This document shows, piece by piece, positions 20,577-30,457 of a stretch of DNA of 64,000 nucleotides. This DNA is from Emticicia sp. GTDB taxonomy: Bacteria; Bacteroidota; Bacteroidia; Cytophagales; Spirosomataceae. The notes below the pieces were generated by a model, which was not told the DNA's origin, searched no databases, and saw only the letters and a program-made list of their open reading frames with translations. How positions within the stretch are numbered: the first letter of the stretch is position 1; each line of letters opens with the position of its first letter. The position numbers were made by a program, and so were the translations under genes. Location of the stretch: the NCBI RefSeq assembly GCF_049241225.1, contig NZ_JBMLRC010000020.1:7259-71258 (forward strand), written 5' to 3'.

Positions 20577-21437
20577 CTATTTAAGACTGGGTTTGTTCTC
20601 TTTCAAAACATCTCTAAGGTATAGAAAGTTTCTTTTGAACAATACTTTTATAGATAAATAACGAAGTTTTAAAAATTCAGAAAACTGAGTAATACGATGG
20701 TTGTTAAGTAATAACTTAATGCTATTTTGTATATATTGTTTGATACTTTTTTCTTGCTTTCTGTTTTGGTTATTGTAAGCCAAACCAACTGCTATCATGA
20801 AATACACGGTAGCACTTAATGTGTATTGAATAATGTATAGAGAAAGGATTTTATTTTGATAAACAAAAAAGTTGTAACAGTACAACATATCTTTGACTAA
20901 TATGAGACTTACTCCCACAGCAACCCACCAATAACTTTTACCTTTCACTTGACGAAACAAACCGTGCGAAATCAAAATCATTTCCTGAATAGCATAAAAA
21001 ATCAAAAGGAAATAATGTATATCTGGGAGTATAGGAATGAGGACTGTTCCAAAAAAAATAAAGATAATTGACACAGGCACAAGGATTTTAGGTAAATCTT
21101 TAAGCTTTTCCGAATAAATACGAGTACCTTCTTGCCTAAAAATAATAATTAATATCATGTGCATAAGGAGCGTCATTGATATTTGAAGTGTTTCTCCGAT
21201 TTGCCCGCCAAATAATATAAAGGAGTCAGAAAAAGAGCCAACCAGGTATGTTGTATAGACTGCAATATCAATGGCAGTTATTTGCCAGTGACGCTTAAAA
21301 CCATACCAGATACCAATCATTGGTAGAATAAAAATATGTCCTATTGTAACAAGAACAGGAGTATTATTAGACAAACCAAAGATTGTTAATCCAATAAGTA
21401 TGGCTATTAGCAATGCTATCAGGTTATTTATATTCAT
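20577..21437 (-). CDS. Divergent YhhN/lysoplasmalogenase-like membrane protein
   Basis: About 8 TM segments. GSFSDSFIL, LLMHMILIIIF and LILVKDMLYCYNFF align by eye with the YhhN GD, H and SD motifs. Confidence 0.55.
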   Translation of the reverse strand: MNINNLIALLIAILIGLTIFGLSNNTPVLVTIGHIFILPMIGIWYGFKRHWQITAIDIAVYTTYLVGSFSDSFILFGGQIGETLQISMTLLMHMILIIIFRQEGTRIYSEKLKDLPKILVPVSIIFIFFGTVLIPILPDIHYFLLIFYAIQEMILISHGLFRQVKGKSYWWVAVGVSLILVKDMLYCYNFFVYQNKILSLYIIQYTLSATVYFMIAVGLAYNNQNRKQEKSIKQYIQNSIKLLLNNHRITQFSEFLKLRYLSIKVLFKRNFLYLRDVLKENKPSLK

Positions 21438-21592
21438 TAAAATTGTTAAGTCTTTCAAATTAGCTACAAATATTAAAAAAAAAATGTAATTCCACCGACT
21501 TAGTTACTTTTATTTTATGAATGGCATTATTTTTGACAAGACAAGGTTGTAATATTCTACCCCAAACCGTATTTCAAAATCAAGAGATTAGT

Positions 21593-22867
21593 ATGAAACA
21601 TTTGTCAAAACAATTACAGTTTATTAATGATGTATATAATCATGCAACAGATATTGGTGTGATTAGACTAAAAGCTCGGAAAGACGAATATTCAAATAGG
21701 GTTATTCATATTGAAGAGAAACCTCTTGTGAATTTTGCAACAAATAATTTTTTAGGATTTGAGACTGACCCACGTGTAAAAGAAGCTGCCATTGACGGAA
21801 TAAATCGCTATGGAGTATTTACCTCTGTGTCGAGAACATACTTTTCGTATGAACATTATTTGGAGTTAGAGGATAAGCTGGAAAAAATATTTGGATTACC
21901 CGTGTTTATATCAAATAATACTTCATTGGGGCATTTTTCGTATTTACCAATTATTATAGGTAAAAACGATGCTATCATAACCGACCAATTCTTGCACGCG
22001 AGTGTACAAGTAGCAGTGCAGTATATGAAAGGCGGTGGTGTGTATAATGAAATGATTCGTCATAATAAAATGGATGATTTGGAGGCCAGAATAAAGGTTT
22101 TAAGCGAATCTTATGATAGAGTTTGGTATTTAGCAGATAGTGTGTATTCAATGCACGGCGATGTGGCTCCGATGAAAGATATTGAAGTATTGTTAAATAC
22201 TTATGATAAATTTCATGTATATATCGATGATGCTCATGGCATGAGTTGGATTGGTGAAAATGGCAAAGGATATTGTTTTCATAGTATTCCTAAACACGAA
22301 AAATTATATGCAATTTGTGCATTAAACAAGGGCTTTGGCGGAACAAGTGCCGCTTTGGTGTTTCCCAATAAAGAAACCAAAGAGTTAGTACATAATTGTG
22401 GCTTTCCTGTAATATTTTCATCTCCAACAATGCACGCAGGAGTTACCGCAGCTTCTAAGATTGCCGATATTCATTTATCTGTAGAAATTTATGAAAAACA
22501 GATAATGCTCAGCGAGCGTATCGAGTATTTTAATAGAAGAGCGAAGGAGTTAAATTTACCATTAGCAAATAAATGCCATACACCTATTTTTTATTTGGGT
22601 TTAGGTAGTTTGGAGGAGGTTTTTCGTTTTTCAAAACATCTACAGTCGAGAGGGTTTTTAATGAATGTTGCCTCAGCTCCGAGCGTTCCTATGAATCAAT
22701 CTGGATTAAGATTCATCTTGGGTTTGCACCAAACCATTGATGATATCGAAAATTTGCTTTGTGAAATTGCTCAGTTTATGGAAGATTTAGAAAAAACAGG
22801 GCAATTTAATCGTGAAAATATCATGAAAGTATTCAGAAGAGCAGAACGAAAAAGAGAGTTGATTTAA
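21593..22867 (+). CDS. PLP-dependent alpha-oxoamine synthase (BioF/SPT/Kbl-like, class II)
   Basis: NFATNNFLG, HASV, HNKMDDLE, DSVYSMHGD, DDAHG and the PLP Lys in LNKGFG. Terminator at 22890-22920. Confidence 0.88.
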   Translation: MKHLSKQLQFINDVYNHATDIGVIRLKARKDEYSNRVIHIEEKPLVNFATNNFLGFETDPRVKEAAIDGINRYGVFTSVSRTYFSYEHYLELEDKLEKIFGLPVFISNNTSLGHFSYLPIIIGKNDAIITDQFLHASVQVAVQYMKGGGVYNEMIRHNKMDDLEARIKVLSESYDRVWYLADSVYSMHGDVAPMKDIEVLLNTYDKFHVYIDDAHGMSWIGENGKGYCFHSIPKHEKLYAICALNKGFGGTSAALVFPNKETKELVHNCGFPVIFSSPTMHAGVTAASKIADIHLSVEIYEKQIMLSERIEYFNRRAKELNLPLANKCHTPIFYLGLGSLEEVFRFSKHLQSRGFLMNVASAPSVPMNQSGLRFILGLHQTIDDIENLLCEIAQFMEDLEKTGQFNRENIMKVFRRAERKRELI

Positions 22868-23042
22868 AGGATTTTACATATTAATGAGTAAGCGTTTATC
22901 AGAAAATAAACGCTTTTTTTGTGTTTTTTTAAGAAATGTTGCTTGAAATTTGTACATTTTTGTTACCTTTATTCTTGAAAATTAATAAAATACATTTTCT
23001 GCAACAACCCTAAAATAAACCAAAGAAACTCCAAATTAATTG

Positions 23043-24527
23043 ATGAGCCTTAATACTGATAATATCCGTCTTGTATTTGGACTAAAACTTAAACAATTGC
23101 GACTCGATAAAGGAATGTCCCTTACTGAACTGGCTCAAAAGTCAGGTCTTTCGATGTCGTACATTAATGAAATTGAAAAAGGAAAAAAATATCCAAAATC
23201 TGATAAAATAGTGGCTTTGGCTGAAGCCATGGGTGTAGATTATGACACGCTTGTTTCGCTGAAACTCAATAAAAAATTAGAACCAATTTCAGAACTCTTG
23301 CGGTCAAATTTCTTGACTGAACTTCCTTTTGAAATTTTTGGGATTTCGCCCGCCGATTTACTCGAATTGCTCTCTGATGCCCCAACCAAGCTGAGTGCAT
23401 TCATTAGCACGATTATCGAAATTGGGCGTAGTTATAATATGTCAGTCGAGCAGTTTTATTTTGCGGTGCTTCGTTCGTACCAAGAAATGCACGATAACTA
23501 TTTTCCCGAGATAGAAGAAGTGGTCGATCGATTTTTAGCCGAACATAAAATATCGCCAGAACAACAGGTAGATGAATACTTTTTATCTAATTTACTCATT
23601 GATAAATATGGGTTTACAATTAAGTATTTTGATGAAGAAGATTATCCCGATATTGTGAATATTCGTTCAGTGTTTTTACCTAAAACGAATACTTTACTTA
23701 TCAATAAACGAATCACATCCGATCAAAGAGCATTTACTTTAGGACGAGAATTAGGGTTTTTATACATGAAAATCAAAGAACGCCCTTACACATCTTCATG
23801 GGTAGAGGTAAAATCATTTGATTCGGTACTCAACAATTTTAATGCGTCGTATTTTGCTGGGGCCATTCTGATTCGAAAAGAAAAGCTGATTGAAAAATTA
23901 GAAAAACTCTTCAATCAAGAAACCTGGAATAACAAGACCTTGATTGAATTGGCTGATTATTTTCAAGCAACTCCCGAAACACTTTACCACAGAATTAGTA
24001 ATGTGCTACCAAAATATTTTGGTATTGATGGCATATTCTTTTTGCGTTTCGAGTCACCTTCGGGGCATAAAGATTATCATCTAACCAAGGAAATGCACTT
24101 AGCAAAAAGACATAACCCACACGAAACACAAAAAGAACATTATTGTCGTCGGTGGATTTCACTCAATATTTTAGATGAAATGTCCAACATACAGCAGTCT
24201 AATAAATATAAAGAACCGCTTGTGGGTGTGCAGATTTCAAACTATGTCGATTCCGAAAATCAATATTTTGTGATGTCGATGGCTCGTCCGCTCAATATTA
24301 TTTCACATCTAAACATCAGTGTTACGATGGGTTTTGAGCTGAATGATAACCTAAGAAGTAAATTTAAGTTTTTGGCCGACCCTAAAATTCCTGTAAGAGA
24401 GGTAAATCAAACTTGCGAGCGTTGCAGCTTATTCAATTGCAAAGAAAGAGTGGCCGCCCCAGTAATTTTACAGAAAAAACGCCAACTCGAAAACATGAAA
24501 GCTGCTCTTAAATCAATGGGAGCTTGA
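23043..24527 (+). CDS. XRE-HTH transcriptional regulator, RamB/PrpR/ScfR-like
   Basis: N-terminal HTH (SYINEIEKGKKYP), IrrE-like middle (FTLGRELG), HYCRRW and C-terminal CERCSLFNCKER. Confidence 0.85.
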   Translation: MSLNTDNIRLVFGLKLKQLRLDKGMSLTELAQKSGLSMSYINEIEKGKKYPKSDKIVALAEAMGVDYDTLVSLKLNKKLEPISELLRSNFLTELPFEIFGISPADLLELLSDAPTKLSAFISTIIEIGRSYNMSVEQFYFAVLRSYQEMHDNYFPEIEEVVDRFLAEHKISPEQQVDEYFLSNLLIDKYGFTIKYFDEEDYPDIVNIRSVFLPKTNTLLINKRITSDQRAFTLGRELGFLYMKIKERPYTSSWVEVKSFDSVLNNFNASYFAGAILIRKEKLIEKLEKLFNQETWNNKTLIELADYFQATPETLYHRISNVLPKYFGIDGIFFLRFESPSGHKDYHLTKEMHLAKRHNPHETQKEHYCRRWISLNILDEMSNIQQSNKYKEPLVGVQISNYVDSENQYFVMSMARPLNIISHLNISVTMGFELNDNLRSKFKFLADPKIPVREVNQTCERCSLFNCKERVAAPVILQKKRQLENMKAALKSMGA

Positions 24528-24697
24528 TGATTTTTGAGTTCGAAGTTAAGAATTTAGCTTTGCAGCGAAAAACTAATCAGAACTCAGTATTTCAAACGCA
24601 GAACTATCTGTAATTTTCAAGAAAAAAAGTAGTTTTTATATACTAAATTTTGTCATTTTAAAGTTTAATAAGCGAACCATAGATTTTTTGACCTTAT

Positions 24698-25372
24698 ATG
24701 TTACAAACCATTTTGCTTCAAGTTGACTCTACCGCTACGGCAGCAAGTGCTGAATCAATTAATTATTTGAGCCTTCTTCTCAAAGGAGGGGTGGTTATCT
24801 ATCCAATTTTAATTCTATTATTTGTTACGATATTTTTTATGATAGAACGCTTTTTGTTCATAAGAAATGCATCGAACATGGATTTTGGGTTTTTAAGGTC
24901 ATTAAAAGATAATATTTTAAGAGGCGATTTACGAACAGCAACAACCCTTTGTAAAAGTACAAATTTGCCTATCGCAAGAATTTTGGAAAAAGGAATTACC
25001 CGCATAGGCCGCCCGGTGAAAGACATTGAAAGTGCGATGGAAATTCAAGCGAATTTGGAAGTATCGAAAATGGAAAAAAATATGGGGTATCTTGGATTGA
25101 TTGCGGGGGTTGCTCCAATTTTGGGCTTTGTGGGTACAATCTTGGGTATAATTCGTATTTTCTATGATATTGGTACAACAGGAAATTTCACTATCGAAAT
25201 CATTGCCAATGGTTTGTATGAAAAAATGATTTCTTCGTGTTCGGGTTTGGTGGTAGGTTTAATTGCCTACATTGGTTATCATGGTATCAATATGATGATT
25301 GATAAATTCGGTATTCAGTTGCAAGCAACCGTTATGGATTTTCTTGATACTTTGAATGAGCCAGTGAGATAA
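24698..25372 (+). CDS. exbB: MotA/TolQ/ExbB proton channel
   Basis: APILGFVGTILG and three TM segments. Confidence 0.9.
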   Translation: MLQTILLQVDSTATAASAESINYLSLLLKGGVVIYPILILLFVTIFFMIERFLFIRNASNMDFGFLRSLKDNILRGDLRTATTLCKSTNLPIARILEKGITRIGRPVKDIESAMEIQANLEVSKMEKNMGYLGLIAGVAPILGFVGTILGIIRIFYDIGTTGNFTIEIIANGLYEKMISSCSGLVVGLIAYIGYHGINMMIDKFGIQLQATVMDFLDTLNEPVR

Positions 25373-25510
25373 TCCGCAGTCAATAGTTGCTTGTGAGCGG
25401 TATTCTGTACCATAGAAACTAAGACTGAGTCTATTTATTTTTGAATTCTTTTATAAATCTATTGGCGGTAAAGAGCTATCGTCCGTCGTCTATTGACCAT
25501 CGTCTAAAAT

Positions 25511-25912
25511 ATGAAATTAAAAAGACAAAGAAGATTTGTAGCTGAGGTATCAACATCATCATTGAATGACATCATGTTCTTCTTGTTGTTGTTCTTCTTG
25601 ATTATTTCAACACTCGGAAATCCGAATGTGATAAAGTTATTGTTACCAAAATCTTCAAAATCAACGCATGACGTAAGCAAGCAGCCAGTTTCGCTGACAA
25701 TTACGAAGGATAAAGTATATTATATCAACTCAACGCCGATTCCGTTTCCGCAGTTAGAAGAGCGTCTGATTGCTGCTGTGCAAGGCATGGAAGAGCCAAC
25801 GGTAGTGTTGAGGGCTGAAAGTTCGCTGACTGTTCAAGATTTAGTAGATGCGATGTCGCTCGGGGCGAAACTCAAAATAAGAATGGTTTTAGCTACTGAA
25901 CTAAGTAAGTAG
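25511..25912 (+). CDS. exbD: ExbD/TolR biopolymer transporter
   Basis: LNDIMFFLLLFF with the conserved TM Asp. Confidence 0.9.
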   Translation: MKLKRQRRFVAEVSTSSLNDIMFFLLLFFLIISTLGNPNVIKLLLPKSSKSTHDVSKQPVSLTITKDKVYYINSTPIPFPQLEERLIAAVQGMEEPTVVLRAESSLTVQDLVDAMSLGAKLKIRMVLATELSK

Positions 25913-25926
25913 CTATCTTTTACACT

Positions 25927-25974
25927 AAACAAAAACGCTCAAATAGTTTCCGAACTGTTTGAGCGTTTTTGTTT
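25927..25974. terminator. Bidirectional terminator between exbD and cvfB
   Basis: aaacaaaaacgctcaaa / tttgagcgtttttgttt. Confidence 0.75.
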
Positions 25975-25991
25975 GCTATTGTTGTAGATAT

Positions 25992-26822
25992 TTAGTTCAA
26001 GTAAATACCATCTTCTTCAATTCTGATGATTCGCTGACGATATAAAGCCCCAGCTGCCTTTTTGAAAGTTTTTTTACTCATTTCAAGCTGATACATCACA
26101 TAATTGGCATCGCTTTTATCAGTCAAATCTAAGAAACCATTATTAGCTTTTAGTTTTTCTAAGATTCGTTCGGCATTGGGTTCTACGTTGGCATATCCTT
26201 GTTTTTGAAGGCTCAAATCAATGCGTTTGTCATCTCTAATATTCTTTACATAAGCTTTGGTTCGTGTACCTACCTTTATTCTCTGAAAAATTTCATTTTC
26301 GTAGATTAAACCTTTGTATCGGTTATTAATGATGGCATTCATGCCTAAATCTGTTTCTTCAAATACTAAAATATCTACTTCTTGCCCGATGGTTAAATCA
26401 ATATTTTCTTTCTCGAAAAAACGATTTACTTTGCAGGAAGCAGCCAGACGGTCGGTGTCTTCATCTATGTAAAGATACACCACATACCATTTGTCAACTT
26501 CCATTTTTTTGTTTTGCTCTCTAAACGGCACAAACAAATCTTTTTCGAGCCCCCAATCGAGGAAAGCCCCCACTTGTGTAACAGCTTTTACTTGTAAGTA
26601 AGCAAATTCGTTAAGTTGGATTTTGGGTTCGAGGGTGGTGGCAATAATTCTATCTTCCGAATCTCGGTAAATAAATACCTCAATATCATCACCCACGATT
26701 GCATCTTCGGGGATATATTTCTTTGGCAGCAATACATCATTTCCTTCGGCATCGCCCAAAAACATTCCTACGCCTGTACCACGTAAAATTCTTAACGTAT
26801 TTTTAACTCCTAAATCGAGCAT
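25992..26822 (-). CDS. cvfB: CvfB family S1-domain RNA-binding protein
   Basis: VFIYRDSEDR, GAFLDWGLEKDLFVP and MSKKTFKKA.GALY. Confidence 0.9.
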   Translation of the reverse strand: MLDLGVKNTLRILRGTGVGMFLGDAEGNDVLLPKKYIPEDAIVGDDIEVFIYRDSEDRIIATTLEPKIQLNEFAYLQVKAVTQVGAFLDWGLEKDLFVPFREQNKKMEVDKWYVVYLYIDEDTDRLAASCKVNRFFEKENIDLTIGQEVDILVFEETDLGMNAIINNRYKGLIYENEIFQRIKVGTRTKAYVKNIRDDKRIDLSLQKQGYANVEPNAERILEKLKANNGFLDLTDKSDANYVMYQLEMSKKTFKKAAGALYRQRIIRIEEDGIYLN

Positions 26823-26925
26823 CTTTTTTATTAATAATTGAAAATGAGTAATTAAAAATGAAAATGAATAATTGAGAATTTCTACATCATAACTCTCAAA
26901 TTTTAATTCTACATTTTCAATTAGT

Positions 26926-28167
26926 TTAAGCTAATTCTAATTCGTCAACTCGTGTGCGGGTATGGTCTAAGAAATTTCTGATACGGCCGGTGGCTGTTTC
27001 TAACTCCTCGGATGATGCCAAGAATACAATTCTGAAATGGTCAGGTTTTATGTAATTAAAGCCAGTGCCCGACACAACCAATACTTTTTGTTCGCACAAT
27101 AAATCGAAAGTAAATTGTTCATCGTCTTTGAACGAAAACTTTCTCAAATCTATTTTCGGGAAAAGATACAAAGCTCCCTTAGGTTTTACACACGTAACCC
27201 CAGGAATATCAGTTATTTTATAATGAACTAAGTCTCGTTGTTTGCATAAACGCCCAGTTGGTGCAACTAAATCGTTGATACTTTGATAGCCACCAAGAGC
27301 GGTTTGTATGGCATATTGAGCTGGTACGTTTGCACATAAGCGTAAACTCGCCAAGAGTGTAAAGCCTTCTACAAATGACTTTGCTCGGTGGGTAGCACCA
27401 CTCAAAATTACCCAACCTCCGCGGAAACCTGTTGCACGATAATTTTTCGATAAACCACCGTAGGTCATTACAAAAACATCATCGCTCAAAGATGCCATTG
27501 GAATGTGTTTTGCCCCATCGAAAAGGATTTTATCATAGATTTCATCGGCAAAAACTATCAGATTGTGCTCGGCCGCTATTTTTATGATTCCTTCCAAAAT
27601 ATCTTTATCATATACCGCTCCAGTTGGATTGTTTGGGTTAATGACGACAATTCCTTTGGTTTTGCGAGTGATTTTTCGACGAATATCATCTAAATCTGGA
27701 TTCCAATCCGATTCTTCATCGCAGATATAATGTACGGGTTTTCCGCCAGAAAGTGCCACTGAAGTTGTCCAGAGTGGATAATCAGGTGAAGGAATCAGAA
27801 TTTCGTCTCCTTCGTTTAGTAATGCCTGCATGGTCATTACGATTAATTCACTTACACCGTTTCCTATGAAAATATCATCAATCGTAACTCCGTGAATACC
27901 AATCTGTTGCGTATAGTGCATGATGGCCTTTCGAGCAGCAAAAATACCGAGATGATGCACATAACCTTGTGCATTTCTGATATTCATAATCATGTCGTGA
28001 ACTATCTCGTCAGGAACATCAAAGCCAAACGGGGCTGGGTTTCCGATGTTCAGATTGATAATTTTTTGTCCCATGGCTTCGAGTTGTTGTGCTTTCTCGA
28101 AAACGGGTCCACGAATGGCATAACTCAAATTATTGAGACGATTACTTTTATTGATATTGTTTTGCAT
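26926..28167 (-). CDS. alaA: PLP aminotransferase class I (AlaA-like)
   Basis: Y.IRGPV, LNIGNPAPFGF, PDYPLWT, INPNNPTG and GLSKNYR..GFR.GW. Confidence 0.88.
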   Translation of the reverse strand: MQNNINKSNRLNNLSYAIRGPVFEKAQQLEAMGQKIINLNIGNPAPFGFDVPDEIVHDMIMNIRNAQGYVHHLGIFAARKAIMHYTQQIGIHGVTIDDIFIGNGVSELIVMTMQALLNEGDEILIPSPDYPLWTTSVALSGGKPVHYICDEESDWNPDLDDIRRKITRKTKGIVVINPNNPTGAVYDKDILEGIIKIAAEHNLIVFADEIYDKILFDGAKHIPMASLSDDVFVMTYGGLSKNYRATGFRGGWVILSGATHRAKSFVEGFTLLASLRLCANVPAQYAIQTALGGYQSINDLVAPTGRLCKQRDLVHYKITDIPGVTCVKPKGALYLFPKIDLRKFSFKDDEQFTFDLLCEQKVLVVSGTGFNYIKPDHFRIVFLASSEELETATGRIRNFLDHTRTRVDELELA

Positions 28168-28291
28168 CTTCAAAAGGAATAATTTCTACGCAAAATTAGT
28201 CAAAAATCGTGCTTTATTTTGCTTTTTACGAATAAAAATAAGAAAGGCCCCGCTCAAAGCGAAGCCTTCCTGCAATTATAACTCCAAATTA

Positions 28292-28732
28292 TTAATTATC
28301 GGCTTTTTCGTTTAGCTTTTCAAGAAGCATCTTGTTAAAATTTGCTTCGGTACGTTTGAGTTCAGAAAACTGTCGAGGAGTGATTGTTCGAAGAATCTTA
28401 TTCATGTATTCTTCTTCTAAATCAAGTTCTTTTCGGCGAAGATTTATAACTTGTTTTTGAGCTGAAAGTATTTTATCATCAGTTGCAGCCAACGAAACTG
28501 CATCTTCCATGGTGCGACGGATTGATTTTTTTAATTCGATTTTTTTGTTTTCGTATTCATTATAAACCGCCCAAAATTGTGGAGCTTGCTCGGGTGTTAG
28601 GTTTAGCCTTTCGGTAATCATACCTATTTTGGCAGAATGAATTTTTTGCAATCTCCCGCCGCCGCCACCTTGTCGGTTTTGTGCCATTGAGATTATCGGA
28701 ATAAGCAGCAGTATAAAAACTATTTTTTTCAT
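28292..28732 (-). CDS. Exported Spy/CpxP-like helical protein of the ECF cassette
   Basis: Signal peptide, then LNLTPEQAPQFWAVYNEY. Confidence 0.75.
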   Translation of the reverse strand: MKKIVFILLLIPIISMAQNRQGGGGGRLQKIHSAKIGMITERLNLTPEQAPQFWAVYNEYENKKIELKKSIRRTMEDAVSLAATDDKILSAQKQVINLRRKELDLEEEYMNKILRTITPRQFSELKRTEANFNKMLLEKLNEKADN

Positions 28733-28809
28733 CGTACTTGGGGTCTGACTGAATGTCTGACCAGTTTATGGTAATAAAACTCTATTTTTGGGGTCTGTCA
28801 GACCTCTTA

Positions 28810-29529
28810 TTAAATTTCTTCTTCTAAATCTTGATTTTCGAGATGCTCCAAAATTGCTTGTTTATCAAGATTCAGGCCATCCAATACTTTATTATCAGCT
28901 GGCTTTATGGTATTCTGAGCTGCTTCAGTACTTGATTCGTATTCGAGATAACTTAAATCTTGGGTTTCTAAATACGTTTTTATTTCATCATTGCTTACCT
29001 TTTCTAAGGCCAGTTTGGTTTTGTCTTTATTATACTCAGCAATTCCGAACCATAAACCCGCCATCAGAATGACACTTGCCGCAGCCGACCATCTGATTTT
29101 TTGAGTTTGCCACCAATTAACATTAATTACTTTAGCTTTTTTGGGGGCAATATTTGATAAAATATTTTTGCTTAAGCCATCAAAATAGCCATCGGGAACT
29201 TTGTAGATATTCGCTTTGCCAAACCTCTCAATATTTGTATTAAGCTCAAGTTCTTGGAAATAGTTTTCTGGAACTTTAAAAATATTAACTTTTTCTAAAT
29301 CTTCTAAGCTAATATTTTTCTTTTCAGCTTGCTCAATTCGTCCCATAATTTTGGCCGAAAGTGTATCGAAATAGCCTTCGGGCATTGAGAAAGGCATTTT
29401 TTTAGCTGATTGATTTTGAGTTTCGACCGCTTCGATTGTCTGTCTTAAAATAGCAGCATTGAGATTTTCAAAATAATTAATTGGTATTTTGAAAACGTTG
29501 ATCTTTGCTATTTTATCTAATGAAATCAT
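28810..29529 (-). CDS. Putative single-TM anti-sigma factor with four FxxPxxYF repeats
   Basis: FKIPINYF, FSMPEGYF, FKVPENYF and YKVPDGYF, then a TM helix (WSAAASVILMAGLWF). Directly downstream of the ECF sigma. Confidence 0.7.
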   Translation of the reverse strand: MISLDKIAKINVFKIPINYFENLNAAILRQTIEAVETQNQSAKKMPFSMPEGYFDTLSAKIMGRIEQAEKKNISLEDLEKVNIFKVPENYFQELELNTNIERFGKANIYKVPDGYFDGLSKNILSNIAPKKAKVINVNWWQTQKIRWSAAASVILMAGLWFGIAEYNKDKTKLALEKVSNDEIKTYLETQDLSYLEYESSTEAAQNTIKPADNKVLDGLNLDKQAILEHLENQDLEEEI

Positions 29530-29564
29530 CGTGTATTTACTTCAAAAGTTTATCAGAACGTTGT

Positions 29565-29596
29565 TTTGACAAACATATTTTAAAATGGTTTAATTT
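29565..29596 (-). promoter_or_regulatory. Putative ECF promoter AAATTAAAC-N17-GTCAAA before the anti-sigma gene
   Basis: Same boxes and spacing as the motif upstream of the sigma gene. Confidence 0.6.
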
Positions 29597-29601
29597 TTTT
29601 A

Positions 29602-30168
29602 TCAAAAACTTGCTTCTTCGCTGTTAAGCGTTTCTTCAATTTTCTTGACTGCTAAATGATAAGACGCTTTTAAAGCTCCAACCGAAGTGCCTGTTATTTC
29701 AGAGATTTCTTCGTATTTCATGTCGTCGTAATACTTCATATTGAATACAAGTCGCTGTTTATCAGGTAATTGTAAAAGTGCTTTTTGTAATTTTATTTGT
29801 ATTTCATCGCCCGAAATATAATCCTGACTTATCGAACTTTCAAGCGTATTGAGCAAATCAAGACTATCGTCGTTTTCGAGTGGTACGTGATTCTGACGAC
29901 GTTTTTTTTGTAAAAAATTTAGACTCTCGTTGGTAGCAATTCTGTAAATCCATGTATATAGTTGTGAGTCAGCTCTAAAGTTTTGCAGGCCTTGCCAAAC
30001 TTTTATGAAGGTTTCTTGCACAACATCGTCGGCATCGTCGTGGTCGATTACCATCTTACGAATATGCCAATAGATTTTCTGCTGATATTTTTTTATCAGT
30101 TGAGTAAATGCTTCCTGACGTTTTAAATCGTCTTGAAATTGTAATAGCAGTTCCGAATCGGAGATCAT
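29602..30168 (-). CDS. ECF RNA polymerase sigma factor
   Basis: DADDVVQETFIKVW, TWIYRIATNE and region 4 YEEISEITGTSVGALKASYH. Confidence 0.95.
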   Translation of the reverse strand: MISDSELLLQFQDDLKRQEAFTQLIKKYQQKIYWHIRKMVIDHDDADDVVQETFIKVWQGLQNFRADSQLYTWIYRIATNESLNFLQKKRRQNHVPLENDDSLDLLNTLESSISQDYISGDEIQIKLQKALLQLPDKQRLVFNMKYYDDMKYEEISEITGTSVGALKASYHLAVKKIEETLNSEEASF

Positions 30169-30190
30169 ACAAAAAAATCTTTGATATTGG

Positions 30191-30222
30191 TTTGACTGAT
30201 TAAATTGCCCAAAGTTTAATTT
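30191..30222 (-). promoter_or_regulatory. Putative autoregulatory ECF promoter AAATTAAAC-N17-GTCAAA
   Basis: An AAC-type -35 box and a GTC-type -10 box, ending 22 nt upstream of the sigma ATG. Confidence 0.6.
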
Positions 30223-30457
30223 AAAAATGAATAAGTATTAAGAACAATTTAATTGACACTGTTTTGCCAGAGGAACACGAAGTACGAAACGGAGTTATAC
30301 AAGGAAAAATAGCAAAACTCTGTGAAACTCCGGGCAACTCCGTGGCGACCGACGCTCGGTAAAAAAAAACTTTCAGTTTAATTGCTACTTTTGCTAAAAA
30401 TAAAAAAGTGCTAATTACTTGGTATGTAATCAGCACTTTTTATTGAGTATGTAAGTA

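Noticed and set aside
20577-20770. Cytoplasmic signalling domain at the end of the YhhN-like protein
   Set aside because: The low-complexity K/I/L/F tail runs through the likely ytxJ promoter region and looks like read-through of intergenic DNA.
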